Of a stretch of 64,000 nucleotides of DNA, positions 19,137-27,395 are shown piece by piece. The notes under the pieces are model-generated. The model was not told the origin of the DNA, did no database searches, and saw only the letters and a list, made by a program, of their open reading frames with translations. How positions within the stretch are numbered: position 1 is the stretch's first letter; every line of letters begins with the position of its first letter. The translations under genes were made by a program, and so were the position numbers. The stretch spans positions 63-64,062 of the forward strand of contig CAMTUV010000005.1 in the NCBI GenBank assembly GCA_947085015.1, read 5' to 3'. The stretch is from an uncultured Nitrospirota bacterium (GTDB taxonomy: Bacteria > Nitrospirota > Thermodesulfovibrionia > Thermodesulfovibrionales > UBA6898).

Positions 19137-20051
19137 TCAGTTTTTTGCCTTCAAAATCCTTCCGATCCCTGCATAATCATTGATGACCGCTATATCCCTG
19201 AATCCTTCTGCGCGTGCTATCTTCTGCACGCCTTCTGCCTGGTCGTACCCGAACTCAAGGAATATGAATCCGTTGGGGTTGAGATAACCGCCGGCTGAAG
19301 AAAGAATGGCGCGGTAAAAATCCATGCCGTCCATGCCCCCGTCAAGTGCAGCATCAGGCTCCCAGTCCCGAATTTCAGGCTGCAGGGTTTCGATCTCATC
19401 TCGCCTGATATACGGCGGATTGGCAGTGATGATATCGAACCTTTTTCCCTTCACAGGCTCAAAGAGCGAACCCTTACTGAAACGGGCATTTTTGATATTG
19501 TTTGCCTTTGCATTTCTCTTTGCATAGGCAAGCGCCTCTTTTGACAGATCAGTCCCATGCACCTCTGCGTCAGGAAACTCCCTGGCCAGTGCCAGGGCAA
19601 TACAGCCGCTGCCAGTGCAGAGGTCGAGAAACGTCCGTGATGCGTGATGAGTGAGACGTGAACTGTTTTTTTCTGAACCTTTGTCTGCCAACTCATCATT
19701 CTTCACTGCCTTTATCGCCTCTTCAACCAGCAGTTCTGTCTCAGGTCTGGGGATGAGCACCCCTTTCCCGACCCTGATCGTCAGACCGCAGAATTCGATA
19801 TGGCCGATGATATATTGGACAGGCTCGCCTTTTATTCTTCGCTGAAGCAGCCTCCTGACCTTTGCAGAATCAGCGTTCATTATTTCAGGATTGTCAACGT
19901 ACGCATCGAGTCTGTCCATCTTAACTGCGTGAAAGACAAGCATCTCCGCCTCAGTCAGGGCATCGTCAATACCAACAGCTTCGAGATACTCAGTTGATTT
20001 TCTTAACAGCTCAAGCAGTCGCATAGGATACAGTGTCCTTTTTTCTGTCAT
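19137..20051 (-). CDS. prmC: peptide chain release factor N5-glutamine methyltransferase
   Basis: 304 aa. SAM-binding [13 protein letters not shown] and catalytic NPPY (ITANPPYI). Lies downstream of prfA. Confidence 0.9.
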   Translation of the reverse strand: MTEKRTLYPMRLLELLRKSTEYLEAVGIDDALTEAEMLVFHAVKMDRLDAYVDNPEIMNADSAKVRRLLQRRIKGEPVQYIIGHIEFCGLTIRVGKGVLIPRPETELLVEEAIKAVKNDELADKGSEKNSSRLTHHASRTFLDLCTGSGCIALALAREFPDAEVHGTDLSKEALAYAKRNAKANNIKNARFSKGSLFEPVKGKRFDIITANPPYIRRDEIETLQPEIRDWEPDAALDGGMDGMDFYRAILSSAGGYLNPNGFIFLEFGYDQAEGVQKIARAEGFRDIAVINDYAGIGRILKAKN

Positions 20052-20428
20052 TCCGGCTTGCCTGTGCCCGATGTCTGGGTATCCGGAATCCCTCCCCTAA
20101 TATCGCCATAAAGATCTCTCAACTCAGGATTCCTGCTTCGAACGAGATTTATCTTATCCTGTCTGGTCATGTTCTTTATCTGCTTTTCCCTGACGACTGC
20201 GCTAAAACTATTTTCACAAAGCTCATAATACACAAGCCTGTGCAGATGATATTTCGCAGTAAAACAATGGGGGTCGAGATTATTCTTATGCTCATGAACT
20301 CTCCTGATAAGATTATTGGTGACACCCACATAAAGAGTTGGTCTGGCATTAGCCATAACATACACGAAAAACTGTTTATCGATCATCAATCAGCCTTTGG
20401 AGCAGGATTCCGGACAAGCCGGAATGAC
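20047..20428 (-). mobile_element. candidate TIR-bounded GIY-YIG cassette
   Basis: Ends are gtcattccggcttg (20047-20060) and caagccggaatgac (20415-20428), perfect 14-bp inverted repeats. They enclose exactly one ORF, the GIY-YIG gene at 20048-20389. Confidence 0.5.
20048..20389 (-). CDS. GIY-YIG nuclease family protein (small UPF0213/YhbQ-like type)
   Basis: 113 aa. FFVYVMAN....[17 protein letters not shown] carries the GIY-YIG core motifs. The last 14 codons and the stop are encoded by the repeat arm. Confidence 0.8.
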   Translation of the reverse strand: MMIDKQFFVYVMANARPTLYVGVTNNLIRRVHEHKNNLDPHCFTAKYHLHRLVYYELCENSFSAVVREKQIKNMTRQDKINLVRSRNPELRDLYGDIRGGIPDTQTSGTGKPE

Positions 20429-20533
20429 AAGATTGAAGCAAGCATAGTCATTATATGTAAGGTATTCAAGAATTGCAAAAAGGGAGGGGTTGCGAGGCTT
20501 ACGGCCCTCTATTGCCTCTATAGAAAGGAAATA

Positions 20534-21595
20534 TTACAGGTCTTTGAGGCGTTCAGCGTTGAAATGTGTGGTAAGGTTGTCGACCATCTCATCGAGGTTG
20601 CCTTCGAGAATCTGTTCGAGCTTATGCAGAGTAAACCCGGTCCTGTGGTCTGTGATACGATTCTGCGGGTAGTTATAGGTCCTGATCCTCTCAGACCTGT
20701 CGCCAGAGCCGACCTGCGACTTCCTCTCCTGAGCCCGCTCTTTATCTTTTTCTTCGAGCTCTAAATCATAAAGCCTTGAGCGCAACACTTTCATGGCCTT
20801 ATCCCTGTTCTTTGTCTGGGAACGTTCGTCCTGGCACTGAACAACAACACCTGTCGGGATATGCACGATCCTGACAGCAGAGTATGTCGTATTAACACTC
20901 TGACCGCCTGCGCCCGAGGAACAGAAGGTGTCTATCCTGAGGTCTTTCTGGTCTATCCTGATATCAACCTCCTCTGCTTCAGGGAGCACGGCAACCGTTG
21001 CAGCCGAGGTATGAATCCTGCCCGAGGCTTCAGTGCTCGGGACCCTCTGCACCCTATGTACGCCGCTCTCGTATTTCAGCCTGCTGTAAGCGCCTTTCCC
21101 CTCGATGGCAGCAACCACTTCCTTTATGCCGCCTATGCCGGTTGCGTTCATGCTGATCAGTTCAACCTTCCATCTCTTTGACTCCGCATACTTGGTGTAC
21201 ATCCTAAAGAGGTTGGCGCCGAACAAGGCAGCCTCGTCGCCGCCGGTTCCAGCACGTATCTCAAGAATAACGCTTTTTGCATCACGCGGATCAATTGGCA
21301 GAAGCATAAACTTCAGTTCCTCTTCAAAAACAGGCGCCTTCTTCTTCAACTCTTCAAGTTCAGCCTTTGCCAGTTCCTTCATCTCAGCATCATTTCCGCT
21401 CAACAGTTCTTCGGTACTCTCGATGTCAACGATAAGTTTCTTATACTCGCGTATTTTTTCGACAATAGGCAGGAGCTCTGCATGTTCGCGGGAATACTTC
21501 TGATATTCGTTCGGCGTTGAAAGCACCTTAGGGTCGCTGAGGAGATTGTTCAGCTCCTCATACTTGTGCTCAAGCGCCAGGAGTTTATCAAGCAT
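20534..21595 (-). CDS. prfA: peptide chain release factor 1
   Basis: I trimmed the start to [22 protein letters not shown], an RF1-typical N-terminus. PST tripeptide (RVPSTE) and GGQ motif (SGAGGQSVN). Confidence 0.9.
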   Translation of the reverse strand: MLDKLLALEHKYEELNNLLSDPKVLSTPNEYQKYSREHAELLPIVEKIREYKKLIVDIESTEELLSGNDAEMKELAKAELEELKKKAPVFEEELKFMLLPIDPRDAKSVILEIRAGTGGDEAALFGANLFRMYTKYAESKRWKVELISMNATGIGGIKEVVAAIEGKGAYSRLKYESGVHRVQRVPSTEASGRIHTSAATVAVLPEAEEVDIRIDQKDLRIDTFCSSGAGGQSVNTTYSAVRIVHIPTGVVVQCQDERSQTKNRDKAMKVLRSRLYDLELEEKDKERAQERKSQVGSGDRSERIRTYNYPQNRITDHRTGFTLHKLEQILEGNLDEMVDNLTTHFNAERLKDL

Positions 21596-21614
21596 TGGCG
21601 ATTCCGCAATAAAA

Positions 21615-21740
21615 GGCGGCATCGTAAAAAGCTTCGGAGGCAAGGCGCGCAAAAACTGAGGAATGAGGCGTAATTACAATTACGTTGCAGTGACGAGGGA
21701 TGAAGCGCAACGATGCATACGGATTTTTTACGATGCCGTC
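21615..21740. repeat. palindromic MITE-like intergenic element
   Basis: Termini ggcggcatcgtaaaaa (21615-21630) and tttttacgatgccgtc (21725-21740) are inverted (13 bp perfect, 15/16 overall). There is a central palindrome cgtaatt-ac-aattacg. Confidence 0.4.
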
Positions 21741-22635
21741 AAGCATCTGCTTCCTCCAGCTTCAGGACCTCGATCAACGCACTCAAGGCGACTTCAAGCT
21801 GCGCATCATCAGGCTCGCGCGTTGTAAGGCGCTGGAGCATGAGGCCTGGCGTAATCAATAGGTGCATCATCGGATGATGGTCCCATTTTGCAGAAAGCTT
21901 CAGAAGTTCAAAGGACGACCCTGCAATAAGCGGTATGAAGACAAGCCGTGAAAGAAACTTGTATGCAAAGGGCCAGCTCTGTGGGATAAACGAAAAAACA
22001 AGGATACTGACCACCATAACGATCAGGAGGAAGCTCGTGCCGCAGCGGGGATGGAGAGGGCTATGCTGCTTAACGTTATCGAGCGTAAGCTCGAGACCCT
22101 TTTCATAGGCGTGGATCACCTTATGCTCTGCGCCATGATACATAAAAATCCTCGCCATCTCCTTCCACATGCCTATACCGATCACATAACAGAGAAAGAT
22201 GAGGACGCGAATGATGCCGTCAACAAGATTAAACAGAAACGAGCTCGTGTCAACGCTCTGAATGACCAGGCCGACAAGTTTTGTAGCGTACAGGGGGAGC
22301 AGGATGAACAGACCGATGCCGAGGCCGAATGCCACGATCATGGTCATCACAAGCGAAAACTTGCTCAGGCTCTCTTCGCCCTCTTCCTCATAGGCCTTGC
22401 CTGCAGAAAACTCTATAGCCCTGATGCCCAGAGACAAGGCCTGAAACAGGGCAACAACCCCCCTGACAAGCGGCAGCTTGAGGAAACGGGGCGTTTCAGT
22501 CAGCTTTTCCTTAAGAAGATGGATCGTGCCCTTCGGGTCGCGTACGGCAACAGTCCAGTTTTTGGGGGAGCGCATCATGACTCCCTCAATAACAGCCTGT
22601 CCGCCTACGCTTTTTATCTTCTGGTGTGTGATCAT
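21739..22635 (-). CDS. DUF1385 (YqhQ-like) membrane protein
   Basis: 298 aa. The N-terminus VGGQAVIEGVMMRSP and the HGAEHKVI motif are characteristic. Position upstream of prfA is conserved. Confidence 0.8.
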   Translation of the reverse strand: MITHQKIKSVGGQAVIEGVMMRSPKNWTVAVRDPKGTIHLLKEKLTETPRFLKLPLVRGVVALFQALSLGIRAIEFSAGKAYEEEGEESLSKFSLVMTMIVAFGLGIGLFILLPLYATKLVGLVIQSVDTSSFLFNLVDGIIRVLIFLCYVIGIGMWKEMARIFMYHGAEHKVIHAYEKGLELTLDNVKQHSPLHPRCGTSFLLIVMVVSILVFSFIPQSWPFAYKFLSRLVFIPLIAGSSFELLKLSAKWDHHPMMHLLITPGLMLQRLTTREPDDAQLEVALSALIEVLKLEEADA

Positions 22636-22645
22636 AGGTGCGCAA

Positions 22646-22680
22646 GAAAAAAACAGGAAGCCATAACGGCTTCCTGTTTT
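22646..22680 (-). terminator. rho-independent terminator/attenuator after rpmE
   Basis: Stem acaggaagcc/ggcttcctgt (10 bp, extendable by A-T pairs), loop ataac, then a run of 7 U on the minus strand. Confidence 0.55.
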
Positions 22681-22699
22681 CTATAGATCCTCAGCCTAA

Positions 22700-22900
22700 C
22701 TACTTCTTGGCGTATTTTTTCTTGAACTTCTCGACTCTTCCCTCAGTGTCCATGATCTTCTGTTTGCCTGTGAAGAACGGATGACACTTGGAGCAGATGT
22801 CGAGACGAATGTCCTTGCGGGTTGAACGTGTGGTGAAGGTTTCGCCACAGGCGCAAACCACGTTGACTTCCTGATAATCCGGGTGAATATCTGCTTTCAC
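22700..22900 (-). CDS. rpmE: 50S ribosomal protein L31
   Basis: 66 aa. MKADIHPDY.. with the Zn-ribbon Cys pairs ([14 protein letters not shown]). Confidence 0.95.
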   Translation of the reverse strand: MKADIHPDYQEVNVVCACGETFTTRSTRKDIRLDICSKCHPFFTGKQKIMDTEGRVEKFKKKYAKK

Positions 22901-23013
22901 TGTCTGCCTCCTGAAATTTGGTCTACTATTCTAATAAATATATTCATTTTTTAGCAACATCCCGGCCCTGATGCCGCCTTGATTTCCTCTACCCCATCCT
23001 GTATCCTTGCTGT

Positions 23014-24567
23014 ATGCGACAGGAGATCGTTGATTTCCTCATTATCGGAAGCGGTGTGGCAGGTCTTCGTGCTGCCATTGAACTCGCGCCTTATGGCAAG
23101 GTCCTTGTCGTTACCAAGGACAAGCCTACAGAGAGCAATACTGAATATGCGCAGGGCGGCATAGCTGCGGTCATGAGCGATGAGGACGAAGTCGGCATTC
23201 ATTTCGAAGATACGCTCAAGGCAGGAGACGGCCTCTGTAACGAGATTACGGTCAGGACTCTGGTCGAGGAAGGCCCGGAGCGTATTGCCGAGCTTATTTC
23301 CTGGGGGGCTGAATTCGACAAAGAAGGTTCGAAGCTCGACCTGACCCTCGAGGCTGCCCACTCACGCAGGCGCGTGCTGCACGCACATGGTGACTCCACC
23401 GGAAAAGAACTGACCCGTGTTCTCCTGAATAAGGCGCGCTCCTTCCCTTCAGTCCGCAGATATCCGTTTGCAATTACAGCGGACCTTATTATTCAGGATA
23501 ACGAATGTCACGGCGCCTATGTGCTGCGCGACCGGGAAATGACCGCCCTTTATGCACGGGCGACCATTCTGGCTACCGGCGGGGCAGGGCAGCTCTACTC
23601 CAGAACGACCAATCCACAGGTTGCAACCGGCGACGGCATGGCAATCGCTTTCAGGGCAGGAGCAACGCTTGAAGACATGGAATTTGTCCAGTTTCACCCA
23701 ACAAGCCTTTACTGTCCGACTGCTCCGCAGTTCCTCCTGAGCGAGGCAATGCGGGGAGAAGGCGCGGTTCTCAGGAACATCAACAAAGAAACGTTCGTGG
23801 AGGGATATCATCACCTGGCAGAGCTTGCTCCAAGGGATATTGTATCGAGGGCTATCATCTCCGAGATGGTCAAAACCAACAGCTACCACGTCTATCTTGA
23901 TCTCAGGCATCTTTGCAAGGACTTTGTTAGAAACCGTTTTCCGCGCATCTACGCAACCTGCCTGCAGTATGGTATCGACATCACACTGGACCTGATTCCT
24001 GTATCTCCGGCAGCTCATTACATCATGGGAGGAGTAAAAACAGACGCTGACGGCAGGACCTCAATAAAAGGTCTCTTCGCAGCAGGAGAAGTTGCCTGTA
24101 CAGGTGTGCATGGCGCAAACAGGCTTGCCTCCAATAGCCTGCTTGAAGGTTTGGTGTTCGGGGCACGAACAGGAAATGCAGCGCTTTCCTCGACAATCAA
24201 TCCGTCAGCACAAGCTACAAACTCATTCAATCCAGCCTCTATCAGGGACCACGATGAGATACGCCATGCACTCAGAAAATTGATGTGGGAGCGGGTTGGA
24301 ATTATACGATGCGCTGCATCTCTTAGTGAAGCAGCTTCCAGCCTGCTTGAATGGAGCATAATCACCGAACGGAACTACGGCACCCGCAGGGAACTCGAAC
24401 TAAAAAATATGCTGACTGTCGCAGGAATTATTGTTCAGGCGGCGCTTGCAAGAAAAGGAAGCGTTGGCGCACATTTTCGTTCTGACTTCAAGTATCCCGG
24501 AAACAAATGGCAACAGCATTTTGTTTGGGACAGAAGCCGCATCAAACTATCAGCGCAGAACAGCTGA
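23014..24567 (+). CDS. nadB: L-aspartate oxidase
   Basis: 517 aa. FAD fold DFLIIGSGVAGLRAA and flavoprotein motifs (YAQGGIAAV, HPTSLY, RGEGAVLRN, HGANRLASNSLLE). Confidence 0.9.
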   Translation: MRQEIVDFLIIGSGVAGLRAAIELAPYGKVLVVTKDKPTESNTEYAQGGIAAVMSDEDEVGIHFEDTLKAGDGLCNEITVRTLVEEGPERIAELISWGAEFDKEGSKLDLTLEAAHSRRRVLHAHGDSTGKELTRVLLNKARSFPSVRRYPFAITADLIIQDNECHGAYVLRDREMTALYARATILATGGAGQLYSRTTNPQVATGDGMAIAFRAGATLEDMEFVQFHPTSLYCPTAPQFLLSEAMRGEGAVLRNINKETFVEGYHHLAELAPRDIVSRAIISEMVKTNSYHVYLDLRHLCKDFVRNRFPRIYATCLQYGIDITLDLIPVSPAAHYIMGGVKTDADGRTSIKGLFAAGEVACTGVHGANRLASNSLLEGLVFGARTGNAALSSTINPSAQATNSFNPASIRDHDEIRHALRKLMWERVGIIRCAASLSEAASSLLEWSIITERNYGTRRELELKNMLTVAGIIVQAALARKGSVGAHFRSDFKYPGNKWQQHFVWDRSRIKLSAQNS

Positions 24568-24762
24568 TTAACAGGCTCAATATAGTATAAATATTTATTT
24601 ATAAAATCCCTCCTAACCTCCCTTTGCCAACCAGAGGTAGGTGCTTTAAGCAAGGGAGGATTTATGCCCCTCTTTGACAAAGAGGGGGATGGGGAGATTT
24701 TTGGATAATGTCTTTTTTATTATGAAACGATTACTATTATCAAACAAGGAAAGGTGCAACCA

Positions 24763-26172
24763 ATGAAACAGAGAAGAGCAAAGATCGTCTGCACCATGGG
24801 GCCTGCATCCATAAAACCCAAGGTTCTGTCTGCTCTGGTGCGTGGGGGCATGGACGTGGCAAGGCTGAACTTCTCCCACGGCAATCACGCATTTCATAAT
24901 AAAGCTATACAGTTGATCAGAAAGCTGGCACAAAAATATCGCCGGCCAATTGCGATACTTCAAGACCTTCAGGGCATCAAGCTCCGCGTAGGCATGATGA
25001 AGAATGGCGGTGTAGAAATTAAAAAAGGGGCATATCTGTCAATATTCCCGGGCGAAGGTTTAGGCGATGAACAAAATATCTTTGTATCGTATAAACATCT
25101 TCTGAAAGACGCAAAGACAGGAGACAGGATTCTCCTTGATGACGGACTGATCCAGCTCAGGATCACAAAGAAAGCGAGCACGTTCCTTACGGCAAGGGTT
25201 ATCGAAGGCGGCATGCTTAAGGACAGAAAAGGCGTCAACCTGCCTGGCATGAAGATAACCATGAAGTCCTTTACTGAAAAAGACAAGAAAGATCTTGCCT
25301 TTGGCCTGAAGATAAATGTTGATTATGTGGCAGTCTCCTTTGTCCGGGAAGCGCAGGACATCAGACGGATCAGGGCCTGGATGAAAAAGAAGGGGAAGAG
25401 CACGCCGATCATCGCCAAGATAGAAAAGCCTGAGGCGCTCGATAATATCGATGCGATCCTTGATGCTGCTGACGGCATCATGATCGCCAGGGGAGATCTC
25501 GGCGTTGAAGTATTTCCTGAAAGGGTGCCGCTCATCCAGAAAGACCTTATCAACAGGGCGAACAATAAAGGAAAGCTGGTGATCACGGCAACGCAGATGC
25601 TCGAATCCATGAAAGAACACCCGAGGCCTACCCGGGCAGAGGCTACAGACGTTGCCAATGCCGTACTTGACGGGACCGATGCATTAATGCTCTCTGTCGA
25701 GACCTCAGCCGGTGCATATCCTGTAGAGTCCTTTGCCATGATGAACAGGATCATCACCTTTACCGAACAGGCCAGGACTGTTGATTCGAGCTACGAGCGG
25801 GGAAACACCTATGCAGAGGCTCTTGCCTCAGCTGCCTGCATGGCAGCAAAGGACGTAGAGGCAAAGGTGCTTGTGGCTTTTACCCAGTCAGGGTTTACGG
25901 CAAGGCTCGTATCCAAGTTCAGGCCAGGACTGCCGATCATAGCCTTTACGCCTGACAAGGCGGTCCTTGCCCGGCTTGCGCTCAGCTGGGGGGTTGTCCC
26001 GAAATACATGAAACAGCTCAGAGGCACAGACCAGATGCTTCATGAGGTGGAGAAGGCGCTGCTTTCAGAGAAGATCGCAAAAAAAGGCGATCGTATCGTG
26101 ATCATCTCAGGCTCGCCTCTTTCCAAGCAGACAAAGACAAATTTTATGAAGATACACGAAATAGGGGAATAA
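24763..26172 (+). CDS. pyk: pyruvate kinase
   Basis: The ATG at 24763 lies 6 nt after aaaggtg; the track starts at the GTG at 24754. RRAKIVCTMGPAS, ARGDLGVE and a C-terminal regulatory domain. Confidence 0.9.
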   Translation: MKQRRAKIVCTMGPASIKPKVLSALVRGGMDVARLNFSHGNHAFHNKAIQLIRKLAQKYRRPIAILQDLQGIKLRVGMMKNGGVEIKKGAYLSIFPGEGLGDEQNIFVSYKHLLKDAKTGDRILLDDGLIQLRITKKASTFLTARVIEGGMLKDRKGVNLPGMKITMKSFTEKDKKDLAFGLKINVDYVAVSFVREAQDIRRIRAWMKKKGKSTPIIAKIEKPEALDNIDAILDAADGIMIARGDLGVEVFPERVPLIQKDLINRANNKGKLVITATQMLESMKEHPRPTRAEATDVANAVLDGTDALMLSVETSAGAYPVESFAMMNRIITFTEQARTVDSSYERGNTYAEALASAACMAAKDVEAKVLVAFTQSGFTARLVSKFRPGLPIIAFTPDKAVLARLALSWGVVPKYMKQLRGTDQMLHEVEKALLSEKIAKKGDRIVIISGSPLSKQTKTNFMKIHEIGE

Positions 26173-26317
26173 GGCTCAGAGTTCTGAATCAGGGCAGGCA
26201 CAGGAACCTGCCCCTACATTTGATACACGGACAGGCGCATTCTTCCACCTCCAAGCCGCCGTCAACCGTTTCGAACACGCGGCGGCGAGGACAGATTTTG
26301 GTAATCTCCCTCATTTC

Positions 26318-26611
26318 TTACGTTCCTGTATATCCGGCTTCTTTGCAATGGCGCACAGCAACAATATATACCACATCTCCATGAATCCTGTAGCGGAGCA
26401 GATATCCGGCTGAGCCGAAAGGAATGACAAGGTCACGGTAGTCCGGCATATCCTCCACCGGTTTGCCGATAAGCGGTGTTGCTTCAAGGGCTACAACTGC
26501 GGCCCTAATAACCTTCACTGCGCGTTGAGCTGCTTCTCTGTTATGGGGCAGAATGAACTCCCTGAGCCTTTGAAGATCATGAACCGCCGGGATAAGCCAT
26601 TGTATCTTCAC
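26318..26611 (-). CDS. type II toxin, ParE/RelE family
   Basis: 97 aa. A..DL..L..FI...N..AA......I......L...P..G.. ..YR.LV.....GY.LRYR...D.VYIV.VRH is ParE-like. It overlaps the antitoxin stop by 4 nt. Confidence 0.7.
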   Translation of the reverse strand: MKIQWLIPAVHDLQRLREFILPHNREAAQRAVKVIRAAVVALEATPLIGKPVEDMPDYRDLVIPFGSAGYLLRYRIHGDVVYIVAVRHCKEAGYTGT

Positions 26612-26886
26612 TTAGGGGCCTTAAGTTCCTTGTCAGTCCCCCAGGAGTCAAGCCATTCCTTTACAGCCTTGTCGGAGATTGATCTGCCGGTCTGGCTGAA
26701 CTCCTCCCAGCGGCCAACTGTCTCCTGTTTGAACAGCTCCGCCGCCTCCTCACGCTCAAGATACTGACTAATTGCCTCTTTGGCCAGCCAGTGAGCCGTC
26801 CTTTTTTTTGCTTCTCCAAGTCTTTTAAGCCTTTCCCTATCGGTTTCGGGCAGCTTTATCGCCATTGGTCTCGCTTGCGTCTGCAT
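26608..26886 (-). CDS. ribbon-helix-helix (CopG/ParD-like) antitoxin
   Basis: 92 aa. The N-terminal beta-strand/helix pattern IKLPETDRERLKRLGEAKKRTAHWLAKEAISQYLER is typical of RHH. GAGGAGG lies upstream. Confidence 0.65.
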   Translation of the reverse strand: MQTQARPMAIKLPETDRERLKRLGEAKKRTAHWLAKEAISQYLEREEAAELFKQETVGRWEEFSQTGRSISDKAVKEWLDSWGTDKELKAPK

Positions 26887-27109
26887 AGTTACCTCCTCGT
26901 CAATAGTAATACCAAGTATCTAATAGTATCACTACAGACATAGCATGTCAATTTTATGAAGCAAAGAGATACAACGTGGTCAGGATTTCCCAAGTGTGCT
27001 AAAGGGGACTCACCATTCAGTGAGGTGGGTAGTGCTTCGCGAGCACTGCGGCTCAGAGTTCGATCATTTTTAACCATCTGATTTCTCGCACCAGCGGTGC
27101 GAGTTTATG

Positions 27110-27289
27110 TCATGCCTGTTTGCTTCTTCCCTTTCCGATAATTTTCTTGACTACATGCCCCCCTTCATACACTATTAGAGGCGTGTGCGTCTGTTGAGCA
27201 ATCGTTTTTGCCCTTTGGGCCGCACGCCGCAACGCGACCTCAGCGCCTGCCAGGTCCTTGTCCCGAATCTGTTTTTTCACGGTATTCAT
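27110..27289 (-). CDS. small hypothetical protein (59 aa, below the ORF-track cutoff)
   Basis: Hand-translated as MNTVKKQIRDKDLAGAEVALRRAAQRAKTIAQQTHTPLIVYEGGHVVKKIIGKGRSKQA. A G-rich SD lies 6 nt upstream, and the hairpin ctcgcac-cgctg-gtgcgag follows the stop. Confidence 0.3.
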   Translation of the reverse strand: MNTVKKQIRDKDLAGAEVALRRAAQRAKTIAQQTHTPLIVYEGGHVVKKIIGKGRSKQA

Positions 27290-27395
27290 ATTATTCCCCC
27301 CTCATCAAGCAATCCAGGTGTCATGCCCGAGTTATCAAAAAGAAGCCATGCATCAACCAAATGTCTAATAACCGTTTTCGCTTCGCACTACAGTA

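Noticed and set aside
24667-24687. Perfect hairpin cccctcttt-gac-aaagagggg after nadB as an intrinsic terminator
   Set aside because: The T-run (attttt) begins about 11 nt after the stem rather than directly adjacent. The hairpin is also part of a repeat-like segment, so I report it as a repeat, not as a terminator.
26173-27061. 12-bp direct repeat ggctcagagttc (26173-26184 and 27050-27061) flanking the ParE/RHH cassette
   Set aside because: By a rough estimate, on the order of a hundred exact 12-mer coincidences are expected by chance in 64 kb. There is no further similarity around the two copies, so it is not convincing as a target-site duplication.
26889-27077. 62-aa minus-strand ORF between the RHH antitoxin gene and the 59-aa ORF
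   Set aside because: It has no SD, no recognisable motif and an odd composition, and it lies where the ParE/RHH promoter/operator is expected.
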